Positions 1 to 10,736 of a DNA stretch of 64,000 bases are shown piece after piece. The position numbers and the translations under genes were made by a program. The notes below the pieces were generated by a model. The model saw nothing but the letters and a program-made list of their open reading frames with translations, ran no database searches and had not been told where the DNA came from. The stretch covers positions 146,632,001-146,696,000 of the forward strand of contig NC_058368.1 of NCBI RefSeq assembly GCF_018350175.1. Direction: 5' to 3'. This DNA is from Felis catus (taxonomy: Eukaryota). Position 1 is the first letter of the stretch. The number at the start of each line of letters is the position of its first letter.

Positions 1-39
1 ACAGTGTGATGCAGGTTGGCTGTCTGATCAGACCGTCAG
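1..39 (+). CDS. VCAN: Versican exon 4, 3' end (G1 link module B), truncated by window start
   Basis: Translates QCDAGWLSDQTV(R), a link-module motif. Donor AG|GTGAGA at 39/40, phase 2. Confidence 0.93.
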
Positions 40-124
40 GTGAGAGGTCTGGGGGCCACAAGCTGTAATTCATTAATTTAAGAGTAAGAATAAAGTACTT
101 CTTACTAGTCTTTTATTTCCCCAG

Positions 125-252
125 ATATCCCATCCGGGCTCCCCGGGAAGGCTGTTACGGAGATATGATGGGGAAGGAAGGAGTCAGGACCTATGGATTC
201 CGTTCGCCTCATGAAACTTACGACGTATACTGCTACGTGGACCATCTAGATG
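125..252 (+). CDS. VCAN: Versican exon 5 (link module B, second half), 128 nt
   Basis: Acceptor tttccccag|; translates [42 protein letters not shown]; donor G|GTACGA. In frame with exon 4 across an 85-nt intron. Confidence 0.95.
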
Positions 253-735
253 GTACGATGTTTGAATTTCTAAAACTTCATTGGAACTAAGGAAATTGAA
301 GAAGGACTGGGAGCACGTAGGAATAGAGCACATTTTCATTCTTGTTTGGATTCCAAACAGCAGCATTTAGTTTAAATGACCGTATGATTGTGGTAAAATA
401 AGCTTAAATTAAAGTGGAAAGAGAAGGAGGAGTGTCCAAATGGTTATGCAGGTTAGACATTTCTTTAGTTAATGGCAGGTTTTCTTTCAGGCATGCTGCT
501 GTTGGACTGTTTCCAATACACTTTTAGAGCCTTAAGAATAGAAAGCTGTAAGGGTGGTACCTATTCTTGTGAGAACTTCAGGTAAAATGCTGTGATGACA
601 AACCACTATGAATCCAAGTGCTGATAAACACCCAGAGCTCAACTAAATAGTGTAAACTAGCCCAGGAGGGATTCTCATGTTTTACGTCTTCTTGTGGTAA
701 CTTTGCTACACTAATATTCAGAGCAATCATATATT

Positions 736-855
736 CATTCAAGCAATCAACACATTAAAAAAACCACCTACTGTATGATAGGTACTCTGTTAGTCATTAG
801 GGATATGAAACCAGGTAAGATATAGACCTTACTTCAAAGATGTTTTGAGTCTGAT
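736..855 (-). mobile_element. L2 LINE 3' end relic
   Basis: ttcattcaagca...cacctactgtatgataggtactctg resembles the antisense L2 tail. Confidence 0.5.
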
Positions 856-1059
856 TGATTTTGGCACTATCATTTCTCACTAGGCATGAGTCAGAGGTTC
901 TTAAAGGCCAGTGTGAGTTCAGTAGTGGCAAAATCACCAGAGGGTGATTTTAGTAAACAATGCAGTTTTACTATAAGACACATGGAATAGAAGTTTCTGT
1001 GAATTGAATATTGAATTGGCTTGTACTTTTAATTTTGGATGGGTGCATGTGAAAAGAAG

Positions 1060-1145
1060 AATCTCAGCTTTCTTATGTGTAGAATAGAGGTTAGACTATT
1101 CTGGTCCCTGGTCCCTTCCAACATTAAAATTCTATGATTCTGTGT
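1060..1145 (+). mobile_element. MIR3/L3-type 3' end relic
   Basis: ggtcccttccaacattaaaattctatgattct matches the MIR3/CR1 tail as recalled. Confidence 0.5.
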
Positions 1146-1470
1146 TTCTGTGAGTTGAATAAACAAGCTCAGAGACTGAAAACTAGAAACTAAGTAGCTT
1201 ATATTTTCCTAATGCCCTGACAAAACTTGAATAAGAAGGCCAACTTGCCAGAAGGCTGCTTAAGTGTGGTTTTCTAGCATCTTACCATTCTTATTATAAC
1301 TACCATTTAAGAATGGTAAATGTATTTTCTAAATTAGAACTTTGGATTTGAACAATTTCCATTTTTGTATAGGGACAAAGGGAAAACATCTACAAAATCC
1401 AACCTATGAAATACATATATCTCATAGGTTGGATTTTATGGATATATATGCTATATATATATATACTGAA

Positions 1471-1730
1471 TTTTTTATATTAAATATAATTTATTGTCAA
1501 ATTGGTTTCCATACAACACCCAGTGCTCATCCCAACAGGTGCCCTCCTCAATGCCTATCACCCACTTTCCTCTCTCTCCCACCCCCATCAACCCTCCGTT
1601 TATTCTGTTTTTAAGAGTCTCTCATGATTTGGCTCCCTCCATCTCTAACTTTTTTTTTTCCATTCCACTCCCCCATGATCTTCTGTTAAGTTTCTCAAGA
1701 TCCACATATGAGTATATGTATCTGTCTTTT
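1471..1730 (-). mobile_element. 5'-truncated feline L1 3' end
   Basis: aatttattgtcaaattggtttccatacaacacccagtgctcatcccaacaggtgccctcctcaatg is the antisense felid L1 3' UTR. Confidence 0.8.
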
Positions 1731-1783
1731 GATTAGAGACATACAGATACATACAGTATCTGTCTTTTGATTACAAAATATGG

Positions 1784-1786
<3 letters not shown>

Positions 1787-1823
<37 letters not shown>
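1787..1823. repeat. (TG)18 microsatellite
   Basis: Pure TG run. Confidence 0.95.
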
Positions 1824-1826
<3 letters not shown>

Positions 1827-2188
1827 GAATTCGAATGTTTTTGTTTTAGTACACAAAGTTGAAAGAGAAAGACAAAAGAATCAATATAAATACTAATTTA
1901 AGCACTGGCTGAAGTTTCTGTCAGCAGAGTAATAAAGCTTTTATTTGTTTTATAGAAGAAATTTGACAGTTCTGGAGGATATTCAGCATCTTTACAGTGA
2001 CATTGTTCTAGAAATTTTTTCTTCCTTGTTTGTTGTCCCTTGGAATAATTAGCAAATCTTTACACACTGATACTTTCCTTCTTGCCTTGAAATTGGACTG
2101 GTGTGCAGGGGAAGGTTAAAGAGGGCTTTTGTGAGTGAGGATGTATGAGGAAGATCACAAGATCACTCTTGTAAAGGTCTCTCTCCTT

Positions 2189-2409
2189 TTTTTAAAAAAA
2201 TTTTTTTAATGTTTATTTATTTTTGAGAGAGACAGAGACAGAATTTGAATGGGTTGGGGCAGAGAGAGAGGGAGGCACAGAATCTGAAGCAGGCTCCAGG
2301 CTCCGAGCTGTCAGCATAGAGCCCAACGCAGGGCTTGAACTCACAAGCTGTGAGATCATGACCTGAGCTGAAGTCGGACCCTCAACCGACTGAGCCACCC
2401 AGGCGCCCC
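2189..2409 (-). mobile_element. CanSINE (SINEC)
   Basis: Antisense tRNA-like head, (GA)n and poly-T; TSD tctctcctt. Confidence 0.92.
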
Positions 2410-3245
2410 TCTCTCCTTCTTTTACTGAAGTATATGCCTTTCTTTGAAGTAAAGACCATTGGCTAAACTTTGAATTGATAAAAATTCGCGTAGAAAGCTG
2501 ACTTTAAAGTTACATCTGATGTTTCAATGAGCCAAAATTCCTCCTAAGAGAAATTTATTATTATATTCATGGGTATCATAATTACTACCTATATTTTATT
2601 GTATTTTTGACAGCAAAGTATATGTGCGAGAGGGAGTAAAAATTAGAGATATTGATGTATTCAGAATGCATGTGATGGAACATACATCCAGTTATGAACT
2701 AAGGTGCAGGAACTTTAGATCAGAAGCCAAATTGTTCCAGATGGTCTAATGAAAAAGTCAATTAAGTATAAAATGAAGTGTAGTTTAAAAAGATAATTAA
2801 TTTTGTGTTAATTTAGTCATTTAAAGCGAGAGATATTTAGTTGATGGATTGTCAATCCTCTTTTTTTCTTCTTGTTTTGTAATTCACATTCATTCTGATG
2901 TATGTATGTCTTAAAAAATTCAAATAATTATACTCTATTCAATCCGGCTTATTTGGGGGAGAAGAAACTATTCTGGGTCTTACTCTAAGATGATTGTAGC
3001 ACACTTATACATATGAACATAATATTCAATTCTATTTTTTAAAAAAACCTAGTAAATATAAAATAGCAATTATATTAGCTATATCCATGAGCAAGGATTC
3101 CAGTATTAGTTGTGTTCTTGGAAATGGTCTAGACACTGTGTTGGCTTATTAGCCATGATTCGATAACAGAACACTGTTACTAAGAAATTAATGGAATTAA
3201 GATTCTAAAGTAGGAAATCTAGAAATTCAGATCCACAAAACAATC

Positions 3246-3366
3246 TATTAGGAAGTTTAATCTGTGTTTCCTGGTGAAATAGATTTGGAAACATTGAGAG
3301 GGTTCCTTATTAGGAAGGTTAATTTGTGTTTCCTGGAAATGTAGGTTTGGAAAACTTTGAGAGGCT
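3246..3366. repeat. Imperfect tandem duplication, ~62-bp unit x2
   Basis: tattaggaag..taat.tgtgtttcctgg...tag.tttggaaa...ttgagagg starts at 3246 and again at 3308. Confidence 0.8.
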
Positions 3367-3484
3367 TTAGAATAGAGTTGAGACGATTATACAGTTCAGA
3401 AAATCAAGTAAATGATTAGAGTTATCTAGAATGCTGAGAGAGCAGTCTTGGGAGGTAGTAAAGGTCCTCGTAATAAAAGAACAG

Positions 3485-3701
3485 GGGTGCACCTGGGTGG
3501 CTCAGTCGGTTAAGTGTACGACTTAGGCTCAGGTCATGCACTCACAGTTCATGGGTTTGAGCCCCTCGTCAGACTCTGTGCTGACAGTTCAGAACCTGGA
3601 GCCTGCTTTGGATACTGTGTCTCCCTCTCTTTCTGTTCCTCCCCCACTTGCACTCTGTCTCTCTCTCTTTTAAAAATAAATAAAGATTAAAAAAAAAAAA
3701 A
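3485..3701 (+). mobile_element. CanSINE (SINEC)
   Basis: cacctgggtggctcagtcggttaag head, CT-rich body, aataaa and poly-A. Confidence 0.92.
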
Positions 3702-3723
3702 GGAACGGGAAGGACCTCCACTT

Positions 3724-3912
3724 CATCCCAGCTCTCTCACTTACTAGTTGTAAGATCCTGAACAAGATTTCACCTCTGTTTCAGTTTCTTCTCTGAAATG
3801 GAGACCATGAGAATACTTACCTTTTAATCATGGTATGAAGATGAAGTGAGTTAGTGTATAAAGCTTTTATCACAGTGTGTGTCACAAAGTAAGTGCTCAA
3901 GAAATAATAGCT
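3724..3912 (+). mobile_element. MIR
   Basis: Core ctctgtttcagtttcttctctgaaatggag and tail agtaagtgctcaagaaat. Confidence 0.7.
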
Positions 3913-3985
3913 TATGGATATACAAAATGTTCTTTATTTCCACTGAATTCATCAAAAGAAGAAATGACTTTAAAATGGCAACTTT

Positions 3986-4197
3986 AGAGGCACCCGAGTG
4001 GCTCAGGAGGTTGAGCATCTGATTCTTGATTGTGGCTCAATTCATGATCCCAGGGTAGTAGGATCAAGCCCCATGTTGGGCTCCACCCTGACCTTAGACC
4101 CTGCTTAACATTCTCTCTTTCTCTCTCTCTCTCTCCTCCCTGCCCTGCCACTCTCCCCTGCTCATGTGCTCTTTTTCTAACATAAAAAAATAAAAAG
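3986..4197 (+). mobile_element. Older CanSINE
   Basis: Diverged head gaggcacccgagtggctcag, (CT)n, A tail. Confidence 0.85.
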
Positions 4198-5391
4198 TTT
4201 GCAAGTCTGTGAATTAGGTTCACTATACGGACATTTTTTTCTGACAATGAATACTGCTAAATACAGAAATAATCCTCACAGACTATAAAATTTCTTCTCT
4301 GGAAGTTTCTTAAAACTAGAATTTTCCTAAGATGTTCTGAGTGCAATGCTCTTTCAAAGTTAGAGCCATGGTACTTTGAGGTATATAGAAAATAACTGGA
4401 AATGGGTCACTTTATGAAGAAGGGTGGCTTTCATGTCAAGTCATTTTGAATATGATAAGTTGCTTGAACATTAGTGAAGAATTAAAATTAGTACAGTGGC
4501 AAAAAGAATTCCTATGTTATTCCTCTTAAATTGTTTACAACAAGTATTCTCTGATTAGAACTTTAGCTTCTTAAGTCACAGTGTTCAGGAATTAATCTGG
4601 TATATGATTCCCCACAGAAGGTCATGGGCGCATAAACATGTCTACTTTGCTAGTGGGAGATTTAAATAATTCTGAAAGTGCTTTATGAATTAATGCATTT
4701 CTGTGCTGAAGATTGGCAGTTTGATAGGAAATATTTGTATCATAGCAAAAAATAATTCCTAAATAAGTTAGATAAGATAATGTTGGAAACAATGGAGTAC
4801 AATGTAAATATTTCATCTAAAAACCCCACTCAACCACTTAAGGAATCTTTGCTTGCTTTTTAATAAAATTAATAGATCGACTGTTTATTTGATTTCTTTA
4901 CGGTAGCAGGTCCTTGTAAGAAAAGTTTCCTTTTATAAAGGTGTTTAATTTTCCTTGCAGATAAATCATAGGGTTGTAGGTGAGGTCAAACTGCTTTCAT
5001 TTTCAAGGTTGACCCCACTTAATTTCCTTGCAATTGAGTCAATGCCTCCAGTCTCAACCATACATTCAACAAATTATTGACCTACGATCTTCTTGCTTGG
5101 GGACTCACATCCTGTCCTTCTATGGCCTATGTTTTCTTTGTAATCCTACCATTTGGCTATTATTTTACCTGAAATAACTATTACCCTACCATCCTGATTT
5201 CCTGGCTTCCACACAAGGTTGCCAGCACTTTGATGTGTCTTTCACATTTCATGTTCTCTTTCATTTTTATGGACTCTCTCCTTAATCTCATATCTGCTTC
5301 CTAAGTCCTAGTTGACCTTGATCACCCTTATATCTCTAAAGCTTGAGTGTATGACTATAAGCACCTCCACCCCCACGATGTTTGCTTATGC

Positions 5392-5502
5392 CTCTCTCCT
5401 GTAAGACTGTGACTTCTGGGAGGAAAGGAACCATGTATATCCCCACTATGTCCTTGGCACATAGTAGGGACTCCATAGACAGAGTTGAATAAATGTATGA
5501 AT
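5392..5502 (+). mobile_element. L2 3' end relic
   Basis: agactgtga...tggcacatagtaggg...gttgaataaatg. Confidence 0.55.
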
Positions 5503-6196
5503 TCTTGAATTAACCTCCAAACCAGAAGTGCTCACTCGACTCACCGTGCTTTGCACTTCCCCCTTGAATAACTTCACGCCTCTCTAGGCTTTAGCATTAT
5601 TCTAGTTGGTTCCCAAATTTTCATTGCTACAATTTCCTCATTAATTTAATTTCACATTTGTTCTATTGTAGATAAAATATTCCTTGTAGGATGAATGAGG
5701 CACAAAAGTACACCAAAATAACAAGTGAAAATGAAGATGTTAGTTTCTAGTTTTGCACGTTTAGGCCTGAATTTTCTTCTGAATTCCATACTCCTATTTC
5801 TAGTTTGTGAAATTATTCCTGTATCTAATTGGTTCTCACAAATAATCCTTATGCCTTTAGCAGATCTTCAAGGGGCCTATTTGATGACCATCAAAGTACT
5901 CAAACACCATGGCCATGTTCTTCCTATGCTAGTCTTCTACTCAGCATCGTGTAGTGAATTTTCTGTCATCTTCCTCCTCAAGTATAAACTCTGCATGATC
6001 TATGAAGCCCTCCAACCTGGCTGGAGAACAACCAATCCAAACTTATTTCCCTCTTTCCAACACGGTGTGTGCACAGGCCCTCTGAAGATCCTGTGATTGC
6101 TGCTACCCATAGGTCTGCTTTGACCCTCTCAGAGAACATGAGCTTTCTGACACTCTGCTCTTCCACTCTTCCCTGTACCTGAAAACTTAACTGCTT

Positions 6197-6409
6197 TTTC
6201 TTCTTCGTTTTTTACATTTTTTTGAGAGAGAGAGAGAGCGCGCGTAAGCAGGGGAGGGACAGAGAGAGAGGGAAACACAGAATCCAAAGCAGGCTCCGGG
6301 CTCTGAGCTGTCTGCACAGAGCCAAACGTGGTGCTGGAACCCATGAACTGTGAGATCATGACCTGAGCCAAAGTCAGATGCTTAACTGACTGAGCCGCCC
6401 AGACGCCTG
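6197..6409 (-). mobile_element. CanSINE (SINEC)
   Basis: Antisense SINE; TSD gaaaactta(a)ctgctt. Confidence 0.9.
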
Positions 6410-6802
6410 GAAAACTTACTGCTTCCAAGAGCCCATCTTTGGCTCTTACAGCTCACACTGTGATTTTCTTACTCTGAATTCCCACTTTTCATAGTTCCAC
6501 ATGCTTGGCATTTAATTGTTCTCTAGTTGCTTTATAGGCACTGAATACAAAATGTGACCTGTTAGTTTTGTTTCTGCAAAACTTCTGTAACTCATGGTAG
6601 AGATAAGGCCATAAACATCTTCTATACCTCTCTCAATTGCAATGAAGAACCTATTCCAGTAATAGATACATAATAATTACTTAAGAAATAACTTGGTGGT
6701 GATTGCATTATTTCTTCCAATTTTGTCTCTTCTCAAATACAATTACCACCACCTTTCCATTTCTGTATTTGAAAAAAATGCTTCACTTTGTTCACCAAAT
6801 TT

Positions 6803-6820
6803 TTTCAATGTTTATTTATT

Positions 6821-6855
<35 letters not shown>

Positions 6856-7025
6856 GAGCATGAATCGGGGAGGGGCAGAGAGAGAAGAAGACACAGAATC
6901 CAAAGCAGGCTTCAGGCTCCCATCTGTCAGCACAGAGCCAGAGGTAGGGCTCAAACTCATGAACTGTGAGATCATGACCCGAGCCGAAGTTTGACACTTA
7001 ACCAACTGAGCCACCCAGGCACCCC
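6803..7025 (-). mobile_element. CanSINE (SINEC)
   Basis: Antisense SINE; TSD ttgttcaccaaattt at 6788 and 7026. Confidence 0.93.
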
Positions 7026-7282
7026 TTGTTCACCAAATTTACTAAGAATGTTTTTGTGGGTTTTTTTTAATCCTTTTGGACAACCACGATACTAACTGTT
7101 CCTCTCACACTTCTCCCTGGTCTCTTAGAAAGCATTCCTTCCTAGAAATACTTTCTCTTCTTCAACTTCTTACAGTAATTTCCCTTTCTTGCCACCCCAG
7201 CCAATCACCCTGTCTGGGATTGGTTCCTTTGTACCCATTCATTTTTAGATTGCTTCCTCATGTCAAAGTCCAGTATAGTTCT

Positions 7283-7442
7283 GGGGCACCTGGGTGGCTC
7301 AGTCAGTTAAGCGTCCAACTTCAGCTCAGGTCATGATCTCACAGTTTGTGAGTTTGAGTCCCACACAGGGCTCTCAGCTGTCAGCACAGAGCCTGCTTAG
7401 GATCCTCTGTCCCTTTCTCTCTCTTCCCTTCCCCTGTTCATG

Positions 7443-7483
<41 letters not shown>

Positions 7484-7509
7484 AAAAATAAACATAAAAA
7501 AATCTTTTT
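7283..7509 (+). mobile_element. CanSINE (SINEC)
   Basis: TSD agtccagtatagttct at 7267 and 7510. Confidence 0.93.
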
Positions 7510-7895
7510 AGTCCAGTATAGTTCTGTCACCTCCATGACTTGTTTAATTCTTTTATGTCATCCTTGTGTTTGGCCTAGAACCAAAAAATAATCTTTTCCT
7601 TTTTGTTATCATATGATCTTCTTTCGATATGCAAAGCTAAAAATTTAGGGAAAGACCCAAATGTCATTAAACAGGTCTTAGAGCAGATCTTAGTTCAGAC
7701 TTTTTTGGAGGCTTTGATTGGACAAAAATCAGATATCATATCTTGAAATTGTATGATTTCCTGCTGGCAGATTCTCAGATTGACTTTTAATTTCAGTGGA
7801 ATTTACAGCATGTAATCTACAAAATATTTCACTGGCGGGAGATATCTAAGAATCCATGATACTGGCCTTATTCAGTTAAAAAGTCCTATGTCAAT

Positions 7896-8113
7896 GGGGT
7901 GCCTGGGTACCCCAGTAGGTTGAGCATCTGACTCTTGACTTTGATTCAGGTCTCAGAGTTTGTGAGATTGAGCCCTGTGTCAGGCTCTGCATTGACAGGG
8001 CAAAGCCTCCTTGGGATTCTCTCCCTCTCTCTCTCTCTGCCCCTCCCCTGTTTGTGTGCCCTCTCTCCCTCTCTCTCTGTCTCTCAAAATAAATAAACTT
8101 TTTTTTTTTAATT
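7896..8113 (+). mobile_element. CanSINE (SINEC)
   Basis: ggggtgcctgggt head; TSD aagtcc(t/c)atgtca. Confidence 0.88.
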
Positions 8114-9199
8114 TTAAGTCCCATGTCAGCTAGAAGAGCTTCCCGCACACTGTGGTTCAATGGATGGTTCAAATATTGGTTCTGGATTACAGAACCTTTT
8201 CACTTTGGTTTACTTTGGTTTGGTGCTAGAAGATGCTGAAAACTTTTCATTTATTCTCTGAAGAACTCACAGAACCATAGATCATAGCTGGGGCTGTGGC
8301 TTCTGACATAGGCTTTGGAAATGAACATGTCTTGCTAAGGGCCTGAAACTGAACTTCAAGTTCTTTCTGCTTAAGTGTTTGCATAGCATAGCTAAGAGCC
8401 AGTGAAAAAAGTGACAAAGCATGGCACACTGGCAGCACCTCTGGAAAATGATGTCCCCATTCACTGCAATGATTTCAATAGATTGACTGTGAAATAGCTC
8501 CATAGGTAGGGTAAGGAAGGAAACTATTGTATGGGTGTATTATTGTTTAGGTTAATCCTCATGAAATCGTTGTCAGACAGTTATTGTTGTTGTTGTTGTT
8601 TTTCTTTACCCTACTGTTTGCCATGAGGAAAGGTTAAATAATTGGTTATGCCCTGTTTCCTATTCCACTATAGTAAACTCTTTTGGCCAACCACAGATTC
8701 CCCAGCGGAGCAACAGTGCTCTTACCAGTAAAGAAGGGATGATGTGCTCTCCAAGCTCCCACAAATCTCTGATTTCTCATATAAGAATATCTTAATTCTT
8801 ATTTGAGTGATGATTTGTTTACTGATTATGTTGTCATGATTAGAACTGCTTGGTTAAATGGTAACTCTATTTTTTATTTATTTTTATTTTTTTTTATTTT
8901 TTTATTTTTAATTTGTTTTGGTAACTCTATTTTTAAATTTTCGAGGAACTATTAGACTGGTTTTCAATATGGCCACACCATTTTAAGTTCTCACCAGCAC
9001 TATATTAGGGTCCTGATTCTTTCACATTCTTGCCAACACTCATTTTTATCTGAAATTTTGATCATAGCCATCCTAATGGGTATTCAGTGATATCTCATTG
9101 TGGGTTTAATTTGTATTTACCTAATGGCTAATGATGTTAAGCAACTTTTCATGTACTTATTGGCCATTTATATATTTTCTTACCGAAATGTCTATTCAG

Positions 9200-9462
9200 T
9201 CCAGCTGTAAAATGAATGTCATGGGGTGTAATGTACGGCATGACAACCATAGTAAATAATATTATATTTCATGTCTGAAAGTTGCTAAGACAGTCAATCG
9301 TAAACATTCTCTTCACAAGAAAAAATATCTGTAACTATGTATGGTGATGGATGTTACCTAGACTTATTGTGGTGATCATTTCACAATATGTGCAAATAGC
9401 AAATCATGATGTTGTACACCTGAAATGAATATAATGTATGTCAGCTAAATCTCAATTTTAAA
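9200..9462 (+). mobile_element. L1MA-type 3' end nested in the older L1
   Basis: tgaaagttgctaag...ggtgatggatgtt...tgtacacctgaaatgaatataatgt; TSD aaatgtctattcag at 9186 and 9463. Confidence 0.85.
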
Positions 9463-10532
9463 AAATGTCTATTCAGAACCTTTGCCCATTTTTAATTGGG
9501 GTGTCTTTTTGTTGTTGGGTTATTTATACACTCTAGATTCAAATGTCTTGTCAGAAGGTTTGCACATATTTTTTCCCATTCCGTGAGTTGTCTTTTTACT
9601 TTCTCAATAGGGCCCTGTGATGCACAAAATTTTTCAGTTTTAATAAAGTCCAATTTATCTATTTTTCTTCGGTTGTTGGTGCTGTAAATGTAATATCTAA
9701 GGAAGACACTGCCAAATCCTTAGTCATGTAGACTTGCTTCTGTGTTTTCTTCTAAGAGTTTTGTAAGTTTTAAGTTTTAAGCTTATTTTGATCAATTTTG
9801 AGTTAATGTTTATATGTAGTGTGAGATAAGTGTCCAATTTCATTCTTATATTTGTGGATATCCAGTTGTCCCAGCATCATTTGTTGCAAAGACTATTCTT
9901 TCCATCATTTAATGACCTTGGTACCTTTTTGAAAATCAACTGATCATAGACATACAGATTTATTTCTGGACTTTCCATTCTATTCCACAGATTTATATGT
10001 CTGTACTTAAGTCAGTACCCCATTGTCTTGGTTACAGTTGCTTTGTAGTAAATTTTGAAATTGGAAAGTGAGGGACCACTAACTATGCTCTTTTTCAAAA
10101 TTATTTGAGTTATTTTTGGTCCCTTGAGTTCCCATCTGAATTTTAGGATGAGGTTGTCAGTTTCTACAAAGAAGCCAGCTGGGATCATGATAGAGATTGC
10201 ATCGAATCTCTAGATCACTTTGAGGTATATTGCCATCTTAACCATATTAAATCTTCTGATCAATGAATATGGGATGCTTTTCCATTTCTTAAGACCTTCT
10301 TTAACTTCTTTCAACAGCACTTTATAGCTTTCAGAGTATAAGTTTTGCAGTACTTTTATCAAATTTACTCCTAAGTATTTTATTCTTTTTGATGCAAATG
10401 AAAATGGAATTTTCTTTACTCCTTTTTCTGATTGTTTATTGGAAGTGTATATAAATGCAATTGATTTTTATATATTGGTCATGTATCTTGTATCATGCAA
10501 CTTGGCTGAACTTGTTTATTAGTTTTAATAAC

Positions 10533-10736
10533 TTTTTTTAATGCTTATTTATTTTTGAGAGAGAGAAAGAGCATGAGTGATGGGGGAGCAGAGAAAGGGA
10601 GACATAGAATCCAAAGCAGGCTCCAGGCTCCAAGCTGTCAGCACAGAGCCCAACACAGGGCTCAAACCCACGAACCATGAGATCATGACCTGAGCCGAAG
10701 TCAGACGCTTAACCAACTGAGCCACCCCAGCGCCCC
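10533..10736 (-). mobile_element. CanSINE inside L1
   Basis: TSD agttttaataac at 10521 and 10737. Confidence 0.92.
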
